Position numbers and translations under genes: made by a program. 64,000 nucleotides of DNA from Psammoneis japonica (Eukaryota): NCBI GenBank assembly GCA_008632985.1, contig QPGO01000279.1:1-64000 (forward strand). The letters run 5' to 3'. Numbering within the stretch: position 1 is the stretch's first letter; each line of letters opens with the position of its first letter. Positions 1-12,705 of this stretch are shown here, piece after piece. The notes under the pieces were generated by a model. That model was not told where the DNA came from. It was given only the letters and a program-made list of their open reading frames with translations, and did not search any database.

Positions 1-668
1 GCCCCCGTCGTCGCGTGGAGTACAGCAAGACTCATGCTGTGTCTAGCGGCAATTGCCGGTCTGAAAAGCAGACAAGTGGACCATGTGCAAGCATTTCCAC
101 AGGCAGAACTGGAAGAACCAGTTTATGTGAGACTCCCAGAAGGTTGGGAGGTCAAAGATGAAAATGGGAATGCAATGCCAGATGTGGTGTGCAAACTCAA
201 AAAGAACCTGTGCGGCACGAAAACTGCTGCGCGAAACTGGTTTCAGAAACTGTCCAAAGGCCTAGAACACCGAGGATTCAAGAAATTAAAAATAGACCCA
301 GGTCTGTTCATCAGAAATGACTGCATCATCTGCTCACACACAGATGACTGTCTTGCATTCGCTCCAACAAATGACACCATCACGACGCTCATGCAAGAGC
401 TCAAACAAGACGAGTTCCAACTTACCGACGAAGGCGATGCATCCGCTTTCTTGGGCATTGACATCACTCAAACCGCAAACGGTGAGATGTCAATGACCCA
501 GACTGGCCTCATTGATTCCACATTGATGGACCTTGGCCTGCGGTCAACCAATGATGAACCATTGCAGAATGAGCCACATGCAAAGGCCACCCCAGCAGCA
601 CAAATGTTGCATCCTGATTCGAACGGTCAGGAGCGTCAAGAAACGTGGAACTGCCAATCAGTCATCGG
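1..668 (+). pseudogene. Ty1/Copia reverse transcriptase fragment (first part of a Copia element split by three insertions)
   Basis: APVVAWST..RQVDHVQAFPQAELEEPVYV..KLKKNLCGTK..HTDD..FLGIDI..WNCQSVIG are Copia RT motifs with Tyr>His/Cys decay. The reading frame resumes at 3403. Confidence 0.92.
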
Positions 669-804
669 CACCCCTGCGTCAGTGGCACTGTGGGATGTGG
701 TTGTGTGTGATGTGTGATGATGTCATCACATGCATTGAGAAGAGAACACTCGCACAAAGGCGGATGCACATGCATGCACAAGCAATCTCCTCAATCCCAT
801 GGCA

Positions 805-2590
805 CCCCTAAATCTCGAGCCGCCTCGAAGGGACCCCACCAATTGAGCACTTTTGGTGCTCTGCAGCGCCTCGAAAAAAGCACGCGTCCCAGCAACCTTG
901 CCATGATGCTTTCAGAATGTTCGTCCCCTCCCACTTCCGACGAAGAAGCGACTGACGGTGCTGATGTTGTTGACCCCACTGCAACAGGCAATGTTGTTGA
1001 AATTGCCGTCGTAAGCCTGTTGCTTCCGAAATTATGCCTCATTTACTGACACTCTGTTTTTTCAGCTCCACCGCCTGCCGAAGCTTCTGGCATGAATGAC
1101 AACGCCGCTTCTGCCTTTCCCGCATCTGCCACACCCGAAACGCTTCCTAACCCGACTGGTGCAAGAGGCAATGGTGTCGCTTTGTCTCTCATTGGCCCCA
1201 AACTGACGAAATTGTTTGGTGCCAACTAACACCATTTTTATGTTGCTGCGCAGCGCCCACCACTCATTCCATCACCAACACCAACGCAATGACCAATGTT
1301 CCGGCGGATGACACCCCCGGTGCCTTTCCCACTGTGCCCGGTCCATCAGGTGATGACACATGTGTCATGCATTGCTGTTGTGTACCAAAAATGCCAACAG
1401 CACTGTTGCACTGTCTCACGCCATTTTTACTCATGCTCCACAGTGCATGCCACTGCTTCTGTTGCAAGAGTGGTTCATTAGAAACAATGAGCTGAGGGGA
1501 GCAAAACAGAAAGACGGTCCCATGCACCAATGTTGGCAGGTGATGCATCATCTCCGTGAAGCGTTTCATGTGAGATGGATTCTCGTAGACCTCATCCAAA
1601 TGAAAGCCGGCAACAGAGCCATGGTTGTGCTGCAGGGAGGCTCTGTGCATTAATTTCCGGCACTGGTCGGAGCCAAGTGACAGCAGGGGGACTACGGTGA
1701 GGACAACACCGCGAATGCAAACTCCAGCAACATCTCAAACAAGCGATTTGCCACCACCTGTAGGTCGGACTAGCAGATGAGGTCTGGCAGAACGTTTGCG
1801 AGAAGACTCAATTAAGCTGGAGCCAACCGCGGTCTGCCAACCATGTGGATGCTTGCCAAAGACGTCGACAGATGCAGTGTCAAAAGTTTGGGAGGCACAG
1901 GTCGAAAATGGGTTGTGGCCCGCCATGGTGTAAGCAGTGGCATGCACTGTGGAGCATGAGTGAAAATGGCGTGAGACAGTGTAACAGCACTGTTGGCATT
2001 TTTGGCACACAACAGCAATGCATGACACATGTGTCATTGCCTGATGGACCGGGCGTAGTGGGAAAGGCACCGGGGGTGCCATCCGCCGTAATGTTGGTCA
2101 CAGCGTTGGCATTGGTGATAAAATCAGTGGTGGGCGCTGCGCAGCCACAGAAAAAATAAAGGTGTTAGTTGGCGCCAAATGATTTCGTCAGCACCAGGCC
2201 AACGAGAGACAAAGCAACATGATCACCTGTTGCACCAGTCGGGCAAGGAAAGGTTCCGGGCACGGCAGCCACGGGAAAGGCAGAAGCGGCGTTGTCATTC
2301 ATGCCAGAAGCTTCGGCAGGCGGTGGAGCTGAAAAAAACAGAGTGTCAGTAAACAAGGTGTTATTTCGGAAGCAACAGGGCTGCGATGGTAATTTCAACA
2401 ATGTCACCTGTTGCAGTGGGTTAAATGTCATCAGCACCATCGGTTGCTTCTTCATCAGAAGTGGGAGGGGACGAATGTTCTGAAAGCATCATGGTGAGGT
2501 TGTTGTGCCGCGTGCTTTTTTCGCGGTAAAGAGACGGCTGAAAATTGGTCAATTGGTGGGGTCCCTTCGAGGCGGCTCAAGATTTAGGGG
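805..2590. repeat. Long internal inverted repeat, arms about 805-1458 and 1932-2590, spacer about 470 bp
   Basis: CCCCTAAATCTCGAGCCGCCTCGAAGGGACCCCACC (805) pairs with the reverse complement ending at 2590. CAGTGCATGCCACTGCTT (1441-1458) pairs with 1932-1949. ORFs 1289+ and 1880- are near-identical. Confidence 0.92.
1459..1931 (-). pseudogene. RecQ-like SF2 helicase N-terminal fragment
   Basis: VFGKHPHGWQ..LLVRPTGGGKSLV* (motif I), then GVVLTVVPLLSLGSD (motif Ia) and TVFLFCSPQLI. Stop and frameshift; truncated. Confidence 0.75.
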
Positions 2591-2657
2591 AGAGCATGGT
2601 TCAGGATTTTCATTGACCACTCAGTGGTTGGTGATTGCAGACTTTTTCGTGTCGGTC

Positions 2658-2722
2658 CGGCAGTCGGGCAGTCGGGGGGTCGGGGGGTCGGGCAGTCGGG
2701 CAGTCGGGCAGCCGGGCAGTCC
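2658..2722. repeat. 8-bp minisatellite (GGGCAGTC/GGGGGGTC)n
   Basis: About 8 tandem units read directly. Confidence 0.85.
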
Positions 2723-3402
2723 GTCTGAATTTGAAAGTGTGTCCCTTGGATTTTGAAAGGGTGTGGGTTGTTTAGTGCAGATGAATTCTTTGGATTCGTA
2801 GAATGATCATTGAGGACATGAGAGGTTGTGGGGACATCCTAAAAAATCGATAAATTCCCTACGACGGGTGCGTGGCACGGTTTTTCGGGAGAGCTCGAAA
2901 GTTCTGAAAAATTGGAATTGCTGGCGTGGCATGTTCAAAAATGCACTCAGTTATGTGCAAAGATAGTTTGTCATGAATTCTACACAAAAAAGTCACATTG
3001 GGGAAAACATGTCGAACAACAAGTGACTTTGTGCGATGCGCTGTTATGGCGATAAATTGGAAAAAAAAGAGTGTCCGTGCACCTCGCTGCAGCCCCAAAA
3101 ATGGCATGAGACATCAAATGTGATGGTCATCCGCATCACCGGTGCGGTGGCCATGCCACTCAGCCACCACAATGCCGGCCCCGGCGGCAGGGCCCTGCGT
3201 ACGTACAGGCAACGGCACACATGCACCCACACCCACAAAGAAAGACAAGTGGTCAATGCTCCCCGCAGGCCTGGTTCCTGCAACCATTGGCATTTGTGTG
3301 CAAATGCAATTGTCTTTACATTTGTGCAAATGTAAAAATGCCATGACGTGAGCATGCATCACCATGACATCACCAACCATGCTCTCCACTGACGCAGGGG
3401 TG

Positions 3403-3449
3403 AGTCATCGGAAAGATGAGTTTCTTAGCTCAAGTGACTCTCCCAGACA
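3403..3449 (+). pseudogene. Copia RT continuation (VIGKMSFLAQVTLPD)
   Basis: In-frame bridge between WNCQSVIG (668) and DVVMAAHMCARFS (12706). Confidence 0.88.
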
Positions 3450-4129
3450 TCCATGACCAGAAAAACGTGGCCTGGCCAGACCATTTGTGGTTTTTCTGGT
3501 CGGTCTGGCCAGGCCATTTACGAACCTGCACCAGGCGTGTGCTGCTGAAACGCAAAATTTACGAATCGCAAATTAATTTATAAAAACAAACAGCTCGAAT
3601 TTTTTCATGATGAAAGCACGTGCGAGGTCTCTGAGTGCTTCATTTTTCACTTCAAATGAGCAAATGCCACTGTTTCGACAACCGAAGGTCTGCAAGTGAC
3701 ATGAAATAACAAACCCATCAGATCATTGTCATTATGAAGAGCTGTGTGACGTTTTGTTTGTGAGGAAAGGCGGTGTAATAATCCAAAAAGGTCATTTTTG
3801 TTGAAATCTTGCTATGCGTCGGCATGAGTTGCTGTCACGAGAAGGCAATTTCCTTTGAAAATAAGGATTTCTTGTCATTTCTCGTGCATCACATCTTTTC
3901 TTAATCGAAGTAGAAAGAATGCCTGCACCTTGAATTGCACCAGAGGATGTTGGCCGCGTCGCAAAGACGATCTTGGAGGGTGACAAGGGTCGTTTCTCGA
4001 CTTGCCGCGTGATGATTGTGCGGGGATTCGGAATTTGTCGCAAATTTTGTGATGTCGCAAATTTTTCGATTCGGCAGTGTGTGTGTAGACTCTACGTGAC
4101 ATTCTGAAGCGAACTCCACGATCGCGTGC

Positions 4130-5660
4130 GAAATGACGAGTTCACCATGACGGCTCCGTTCTTGCCCGCTGTAGCTGCACCTTCAACAATGGCTTGCATG
4201 AGAACAAAGGACTCTCCTTTCTGTTGTTTGGATGAATGCTTTTTTTATTTTGAGATGGAGGTGAGTGGTGTGATTGTTTCGAAGTGGAAAGAGCCACGAC
4301 TGCCAACGGTGTCTAAAAATCTGCCACTTGCGTTTCGTTTGTTTGCCATCATCTTGACTCCCACAACAGTTCTCGGGACTTTCTTCATGCTTGACGTCAT
4401 CTTGAGATCTTCCATGCATGCCATTCTGGATGCTTGAGTGATTTTGATGGAATCGCATGGACTTGTGGCATCTCAAGCACTTGTGTGAGCATTTTGCACT
4501 GAACACACTAAACACGTCTCGTCCATGCTCTTGCGAGTTGTCTCTTGTCACATTTGTTTCTTGCAATTGTAGATGGAAGTGGAGCAAGCACTTACATCTA
4601 AGAAACAAAGCAGTGAAAAATCCACACAAGCAATGGAGGCTGAGTTAAGTCGAGTTTCCTCCTTTCCAGTTCATTTTGTTGCTCTGTGGATCGGACGAGG
4701 GCGCCGAGCTGGAACTTCAAAAAGCATTTTTGTCTGCATGTCATTACCTTTGTCTTCGAATGATCTCCCAAGTTCACAAAGTACAAATCTTCACCTTTGT
4801 TTGCATGGCCGAAAAAGACACCCCCGCATCAGTCGCTGGTGCGAACTCACGTGGTGGCACGAGCTCACCGTGACGGCTCCGTTCTTGCCTGCTGTAGCTG
4901 CACCTTCAAGAACAGCTTGCATGAGAATAAAACACTCTCCTTTCTTTTGTTTGGATGAATGATGTTTGATTTTGAGACAAAGGTGAGTTGCACGATCGTT
5001 TTTAAGTGAAAAGAGCCATGACTGCCAACTGTGTGTAACAACCTGCTACTTGCGTTTCGTTTGTTTGCCATCATCTTGACTCCCATCACAGTCCTCGGGC
5101 TTTCTTTGCGCTCAACATTGTCTTGAGATCTTCCCTGCCTGCCATTGTGGGCACTTGACTGATTTTGATGGATTGCATGGACTTTTGGCATCTCAGCAGG
5201 AATGTGAGCATTTTGCTCCGACGCACCAAACACGTCTCCTCCATGCTCGTACCGCACAAGTTGTCTCTCACCCCAGCTGTTTCTTGTGATTGTAGACGGG
5301 AGGTGATTGAGCACCTGTGCCCAACAAATGTTGTCTTGAGTTGTTCCATGGATGGCTTTTGGTGCCTCAGCACTGTTGTGAGCATTTCGCACCGACGCAC
5401 AAGGAACGTCTCATCTGTGCTCGTACCATGCAAGTTGTCTCTCACCCTCCAGCTGTTTCTTGTGATTGCAGGTGGAAGGTGATCAAGTGCTCATGTCTAA
5501 GAAACAAACTGGTCTCGGTTGTTCACGTGAAGTCGAGTTTCTTCCCTTCGAGATGGTGTTGTTGCTCTGTGGATCGGACTGGGGCTTCGAGGTGGAATTT
5601 CACACAGCATGTTTGTCTGCATGTCACCTCCTTTGTCTTTGAAGCACCTCCCAAGTTCAC
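4130..5660. repeat. Diverged tandem duplication (about 725-bp period) of the transposase 3' end and 3' region
   Basis: TCACC(A/G)TGACGGCTCCGTTCTTGCC at about 4142 and 4865. Second unit has an extra internal duplication of about 180 bp. Confidence 0.8.
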
Positions 5661-7271
5661 AATGTAAAATTCGCCACCTTTGTCTGTGCCAGCGCAAACA
5701 TGCTCGTGGCACCTGATGCAGAACCAACGTGTGCATCTTCCACACACTGAACATGCATGCCGGCATTTTGCATCCTCATCAGCACTGGCGTCATCAATGA
5801 CATCTGGATTCACAAGGCGAATGGGCATCCCAGTGCATGTTTGCCGATGTTCTCTCACCTTTGCTTCTTCTGCTGAAAGCGCTCCACCTGAAGCTGCTGA
5901 TTCCTCGTAAATTCACTGCCGCTTTGCATCTCTGTGCGGGCTGGACCCAGTTGATGCTGCACCCATCGCAATTTCCTGAAATTGTGATGCATGGCGAGTT
6001 TTGGCGGCTTGCATGGATGGTGGCACTGACGTTGATTCACTTTGCTGCGAACTTTGCTGCGAACTCTCCAATGAGGATTGACTTGCGTCGATGCCCATTT
6101 GACAAAGCTTGATCCCGATCCTGACAATTGACTTTTTGAAGCTGCCTTCACGCTGATTTGCTGCTCTTCGATGCCCCTGGATTGTTCCGCCGCAGCTCTC
6201 TTTGATGGATTTCTTTGACGACAGATGTAAATGGAAACCAGTCGGAACATTTGATTGTGTTGGCACCAAGCGACCCACCAAGCTCCAGGACATCAAACAC
6301 AAGATCAAAGCTGGCACAGCCATGGTCAAAGTCACATTCAACGTTTGTAAGGCACCGTTGCTCGCTTCCGCCATCGTTGGGTGCAAAGGCATTTCTTAGC
6401 ATCCGCTTTGTGCTGGTTGCTGTGGTGTCGTTCTTTCCCTGAACACTGAAACCAATTGGGACACCGGTTGCCGTGTACACTGCTGTGTCAATCACAAAGC
6501 CTCTTGCATTGTCCCCAACATGTTGCACCGGCTTAGGCTCGTTAGCTTCGACTTGTCATGTGATGTGACAATGCACTTTGTCATCGTCAACAGTGACTTG
6601 CATCTTTTCTTTCATTCCCTCTACAAAAAGCTCAGCTGCAAGTTGGTTGAGGCGTTCCTCAAGCTTCCTCCAGAAAGACTTTCCAGCTCGTTCGCTGGAT
6701 CTCTGACTTTCATCTGCATGGTAGATTAGCTTCCAAAATAATGAATGCTCTTCTTCTTTGGTGAGCAATCTGGGAAACATTTTGCAATCACGCATGTCTT
6801 GAACTGGCATGTCAATTGCACAGGACAAGAAAAACGTTCCAAGACAGTGTTGGAAAATGCCAGCTTGTCCACAGAGGGCCTTGAATTCTTCCTCCAGAAG
6901 ACGAAAGAGGTGACTCCGTGCCCCCAAAAATGCTCTGTCACCATTTCGGAAGACAGTGGCCCAGGAGTTTCATCATCACCCTTTGAGCCAATACAAAGCC
7001 TTGCGCGAGCCTTAATGTGATCTATTTCTTTTTGCCCTTGCTCACACAAGGCTTCCCTGGATTTGTCCACAGCAATCGAAACCGCACTGTTGCCCCCATT
7101 GTTCCGCCACGTGCTGGCTTTCGGAGCTTGCTTTGGACGCCAGTTGGCTTCATCCAAAGCGTCACCACGGTGAAACATGCCATGAGCTGACATCTCACAG
7201 ACATCATTTGCATCATCATCACCATAATCTGGACAGAAGAAAGCCGCAGGGTTGTCAAAACAGAACGCCAT
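5523..7271 (-). pseudogene. piggyBac-like DDE/D transposase, frameshifted
   Basis: QVTVDDDKVH and CDFDHGC (probably DRGY). C-terminal Cys-rich domain CSVC..WFCIRCHEHVC..TCCVKFH. Confidence 0.65.
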
Positions 7272-7420
7272 TGTCGGTGTGATGTTTTGTGGATCGTCCA
7301 AAATGCAGAAAAGAGCACTCCGCACCGCTGCGTGGAGCCCAGCACACTTTCGTAACTGGTCTGGCCAGGCCAGTTACAAGAAATTTGGGGTTGTGAGCAT
7401 GCAAAAAATCTGGTCATGGT

Positions 7421-7587
7421 TGTCCACGAACACTTTCTAAAAATTGTGGGAAAAGCTGCGATTGACTGCAGCCACAGTGTTTGGGTTTCTGTCGCAGAAT
7501 TTCTTCGAGGTGTCAACAATCCCGGTCATTCGAATCTCCCGAATCTTGCAGCTGCTGACGCAATTATGACATAGAAGTTAAACTTCA
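7421..7587 (-). repeat. 3' LTR of the Gypsy element
   Basis: Near-identical to 12540-12705. PPT at 7588-7599. Confidence 0.9.
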
Positions 7588-7642
7588 CTCTTCCCTTCCG
7601 CGATTCATGCGAATGCTTTGAATCGCAATCCACTTGATCATG

Positions 7643-8524
7643 TCAAAGTCGATGCGGCAAAATGCGTCGAATGTTGATTCTTTCGAACATGTGAGGCGCT
7701 CTTTGTATGGTGACGTTTCCATTTACATGAACCTGTGTGACAGGAAAGGGACCAAAAGATCTTTCTTCCAATTTGGTGGGATCGTCTGTTTTGATCAAAA
7801 TTTGTTGTCGGACACGACAGTCGAAAAAGCGTCTTTTGAGGTTTTGTCGACGTAAGTTGTCATCAATCAACACTTGCCGATGATTCCGAATGGCAATTAA
7901 ATCTGCAATGAGAGGCAAATCAAGAAACATGTCTCTCTGGTGGATGAGGGCTCCTGGTGACATTCCCAAAACTCTTGAGGTGGCACATCGTAGACCATGC
8001 ATGGTTGTGGCCAATGCGTTGTCAACTGCACATTGAGCCTCTGTCATGTTGCAAGGAGGATGTCCCCTGACTGTGGCTCAAATGATGTTGCCAGCTGTTT
8101 GATGCATTCTTTCGCAAATGGCATTGGCTTGAGGATTTCCAGTGGTGGTTTCCACGTCTTTGATTCCAGCCCTCGCCAACAGAAGCTGAAATGGCTCACC
8201 AACAAATTCACCGCCCTTGTCATGAATGCAGCGGTTTGGTTTCGGATGTCTTGCCAACCAACAATTGGCAAACTTCATCTGCACATGATCTGAAGTCTTG
8301 TTGTCAATGCGAACTAATTCCACAAGATTAGAAACAGTGTCAATCGCCATCAACGCGTTAAATTCGACTTCTTGTTGTTGCACTTGTGCTTTCCAAGGAC
8401 CAATTAAATCAATGGCCACTTCATCCCACGGAACTAAAGGAGCTTCTCTTGGTGGCAAGTGACCACATCCAACTCCCCAAAGTTTGTTCCTTCTGCATAC
8501 ATCGCAATGACAATTTTCGACCAA
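7643..8524 (-). pseudogene. Gypsy integrase with C-terminal GPF module
   Basis: PWDEVAIDLIGPW..IHDKGGEF..NPQANAICERMH; GPFPVTQVHVNGNVTI..INIRRILP. In-frame stops. Confidence 0.92.
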
Positions 8525-11128
8525 TCAGCGCAACGACGGATGACAGCAATGCGTGCGAATCGTGCAACAGAGTTTCTGCATGCCACAATGTCCCAAAACT
8601 TGATGACACCACCTAATCACAGGTGCCAACAAAGCAGTTGGCAAAGCAATTTTCCAATCATTTTCTTGAGCGTTGATTTCAGGCCTCCAACAAATCAATG
8701 GAACTCCGCCGACGTGTCGAGTCGGAAATCGAAGCAGACTCCTCTGTCGCTCTTGACTCAACTCACAATCTTCAAACTGAAACCTTTGCATGTCAGGACA
8801 ATTCAAGGGGCATTGCATTTCTTCCAGACTTGGACAATTCAAGAAACAATCCACCAGTTCTTGATCTTGAATGGTGCAGAACAGAGTGTTTGGTTCCGGG
8901 CCCAAATTTTCCTCGAGCGACTCGTCTTCTGGAGCCACAGCAGCTGGAGGAACCGAAAAATCCACAACAGCACCTTTTGACTCCACTTTAGAAGAACTCT
9001 TCCCTTCCACGGTTTTCTCCATGGGAGGAAATCGTGAAAAGAAATCAGCTAGAATGTTCTCTTTGCCTTTAACACATTCAAACTTGGGTGCAAATTCCTC
9101 GAGAAAAAGTCGCCAGCGGAGCACTCGTTGTGCATTGAGTGTCTTGAAAGTCAAGTTCTTGTGATCTGTGTAGACTGTTGTTTCAGCTCCCAACAACATA
9201 GAGCGAAATTCATTGAAACAAAGAACTGCAGCAAGCATTTCTTTCTCCACAGTAGAACAATTCTTTTGAGCTGCGTTGAGTTTCCGAGACCAACATGCAA
9301 TCAGCTTGCCATTCTGCGTGATGACGGCACCAAGCTGACAGTCACTGGCATCTGTGTAAATCTGAAAAGGAAGATTATGGTCAGGACAAGCGAGCAACAC
9401 ATCACCCACCACAATGGCCCTAATCTCCTCAAAGGCTTTCTGACAAGCTGGAGTCCACTCAAAATGTTGTTTTCCCATCAAATCGGTTGATGGCGCCAAA
9501 ATGTGAGATCGTTGAGGCCACATGTCGCGACAACAAGTGACGGCCCCAATAAAAGATCTAAGTTGCGCATGGTTCTTGGGAGGAGTGAGCTTGAGCACAG
9601 CCTCTGCTTTCTTCTTCCAAGGCTCAACACCTTCTGGAGTCATCCAACATCCCAAAAAATCAGTTTCTTGAACAGCCCACTCGCACTTGAGCGGGTTCAC
9701 TTTCAAACCGTTTTGTTCCAAACGTTGCAATGCGGCACTCAACACTGCTGAATGCTCAGACCAAACCATTGAGAAGAGACCAACATCATCAACAAAACAA
9801 TCTGCACCAAGCTCATTCATCACTTCTTCAATGACTGCTTGAGCGACATCTGCCGCTGGTTTCAAACCCATCGCGAGCCGACAACATTGAAACTTGCCAC
9901 AAGGAGTGACAATGGCACACAGTTCCTTGGATTCTTCATCTAGCTCCAAAGTGCAATAGAACATAGACAGATCCAACTTGGTGAAGCACTTGCACCCTTT
10001 TCTCTTCTTGACAATGTCTTGTGTTCTTGGCAAAGGATAGATCAACCTCTTCAACGCTTTGTTGAGTGCACAAAAATTGGATGCCCATCGCACTCGTTGA
10101 TCCTTTTTAGGAATGACAAATGAAGGAGACGCCCCACAGGTGGGACCACATGGTCTCAGCACTTCTGTCTGAACCAAATGCTGAAGCTCTTTCTTGAAAA
10201 CCTCTTCATGAACCTTTGGAACTGAGTGCGGTCGAGCATGAACCGGAATCGTGTTAGGGTCGATTTCCAAATGAACCAATTTGTGTGGGTGTCGACCCAA
10301 TTTTCCATCAAACACTTTTGGGAACTTGGCTGGCACTTGTTGCAACTCCAGTTGTTGCTCTCTTGATGGATGTGTTTGCCTCTTAGCCACTTCTTCTGGA
10401 GATGCTGACTCACACTTGGCATCCAGAATTCGCGCAGCGAACGCATAGAACTCGACTGCATCAATTTCTTCTTCTTCGACTTCTGGACCTGCTAGAGCAA
10501 AATGAGCATTCTCTGCATTGTTCCAAAAGGCAAGCTCTTTCATGGATGTGGACTTGTCCAACCACTTGACTGTCCTTGATGAGAAATTTACATCAATTCC
10601 CGCCTTGGTCAAAAAATCCGATCCAAGAATCACGTCGTAACGACATGGTGTTTGAAACATCAGAGCTTTTTGGAAATCAACACTCCTTGATCTGTCAAAT
10701 TCAGGTGGTGTTGTTGTCTCCAAACCAACTGTTCTGCTGCTCTTCATTGGTCCTGCAGCTGCACCACATGCTGCTGTTTTCTTGAGCAGGCTTGGAGCAG
10801 CTCCACGCGCCAAACATCGTTCGTGAATAAGAGCAGTTGTGCTGCCTGAATCAAATGACACTCTCAATAAACGAGAAGAGTGAGCTCCGTTCATTTGTTT
10901 GCATACAAGCACTGATGCAGGCACCATGTTAGAATTCATGTTTTTTGTTTTGGGCACTGGCATGCCAGCATGGGGCAATCCTGTCGGCTCTTCTTGATTT
11001 TTCGCACTGTCGATTTCATGTGATAAATGTGCATCATGTAAAGATTCGTGTTCAATTGGTGCATTTACATCAATGGCAATGGCATCGTCAACTTCAAAGC
11101 TGACACCAGGACTGGAGCAACACTCCAA
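8525..11128 (-). pseudogene. Gypsy pol (protease-RT-RNase H)
   Basis: FDSGS, ILGSDFL, FTKLDL, CFVDD, FLGC, YTDASD, YTDHKNL. Only 6 Tyr in 867 aa. Confidence 0.95.
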
Positions 11129-11658
11129 ACTGGATCATAATCCAGGTCCTCTTAGATGTGGACCTCATCCGACATCCGTTCCTCCTGACGTCTCGTCAGG
11201 ACCTCCTGGCGGACCATAGCCTGCCACATCAAAAATGGTGCACATCTGCACCCCATTCTTGAGACTGAGTGTCAGTCGGAGGAGCTCGTCGAGCCGGATG
11301 AGCATTTGGTTCTTCTGAACCACTCTGCACCTGATTTTTGATTCGCACAAAAATTTTGAGGCGAATTCTGTGGACCGCATCCTCGGCCCATGCTGTTTTG
11401 GTTATGACCACGGCCATGTCCACCTTGACCGCGTCCAAAACTATTGTTGGGAGCACATCCACCATCGCCACGTCCACGTCCAGCGTGGTTGGCGTTCTGA
11501 GGACCATAAAATCGGCCTCCATAATTTCCTTGGCCTGCATGTGGGTTTCGACCTCGTCCACGACCAGCATCTCGGCCTGCACTTGGTGAACCTCGGCCAC
11601 CTCTCTGAAAATGAGGATTTGGATTGTAATTCGGGCTCTTGGGATTCTCCCCACAATT

Positions 11659-12453
11659 TCACCACAGATGAGGTGCTGCAGAATCCTTGTGTAACCAACA
11701 ATAAGAATCGGGACCAAATTTCTTCCTGTTCCCGGTAGATTCTGCATCTCCAGCCTTGCGCTTCTTAGAATCATCATCAGGCTTGACAGCACCTTTCTGA
11801 TCAGCGAATCCTTTCTCATTGGACATGTGTTGAATGACATTTTCCAAAGAATCGGCACTGACTTCCTTTCCAGCACGCACACAATTTGGCTTCCATGTCA
11901 TTGGCATGCCCGTGAACACAATGTTCTTGATTTGCTGCTCATTGAGCAAAGGTTCAGTTCCAGGTAGCTTGTTAGCGTAACGCGACATTTGAATCATCCT
12001 GTCAGCATGCTCGCGAGGAGAATCACCAAAAGGTTTAGAAGAATTTTTCAAAAATTCAAACATCGCATCACGCGCTTGATGATCGCAATGTCGCTGACAA
12101 AAGTGTGCAATTTCTGCGTCAAACCTGGCCATGGTCTGATCTGCTTCCGCGATGCCTGAAACCAAATTGCTCCACACGTCTTGAGCATTGTCTTCTAATG
12201 CTTCTTCAAAATGGGTGAATTTTTCAGGTCCTTCATCACAATCCAAATGCTCGGCACAGTTCTCAAAATGCTCTGCAGTGTAGAGTGAGCACTCGATGCC
12301 ATGCTTGCACGTGAACTGAGGGCACATTTTCTGTTTCTTAGTGCCACAGTCGTAGTTCTGCACGAGTTTCACTTTGTCCAAATCTCCGTGTTTGAAGGTT
12401 GGTTTGCATGCAAAGCACGGTGCTCTCAGTGAAGCTCTCACCAAATGCGACAT
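11659..12453 (-). pseudogene. Gypsy gag
   Basis: ORF after the 5' LTR and before the protease (KPFGDSPREH..MPMTW). Gly/Arg-rich tail beyond a stop. Confidence 0.8.
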
Positions 12454-12539
12454 TGCATTTAAGGTAAAGAATGCACAATAAAGAAAAGAGAAGGAAAGAA
12501 CAAGACACAGTGTGATCACAGTGAACGGTCTTGACAAGT

Positions 12540-12705
12540 TGTCCACGAATGCTTTCTAAAAATTATGGGAAAAGCTGCGATTGACTGCAGCCACAGTGTT
12601 TGGGTTTCTGTCACAGAATTTCTTCGAGGTGTCAACAATCCCGGTCATTCAAATCTCCCGAATCTTACAGCTGCTGACGTAATTATGACATAGAAGTTTG
12701 CTTCA
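12540..12705 (-). repeat. 5' LTR of the Gypsy element
   Basis: Near-identical to 7421-7587. Confidence 0.9.

Larger units (their letters stand above)
669..3402. mobile_element. Non-autonomous TIR DNA transposon with 9-bp TSD, carrying a RecQ-like helicase fragment (AcademH-like)
   Basis: Perfect 17-bp TIR CACCCCTGCGTCAGTGG (669-685 / 3386-3402). Perfect 9-bp TSD AGTCATCGG (660-668 / 3403-3411). Interrupts the Copia RT. Confidence 0.9.
3451..7419 (-). mobile_element. piggyBac-like DNA transposon, degenerate
   Basis: Inverted termini CCATGACCAGA (3451) / TCTGGTCATGG (7419). Subterminal motif GGCCTGGCCAGACC near both ends (about 3469, 3502, 7358). Transposase remnants inside. Confidence 0.7.
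7421..12705 (-). mobile_element. Full-length Ty3/Gypsy LTR retrotransposon (mutated)
   Basis: Two LTRs with TG..CA ends. PPT GGAAGGGAAGAG next to the 3' LTR. Domain order gag-PR-RT-RH-INT. Confidence 0.95.
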
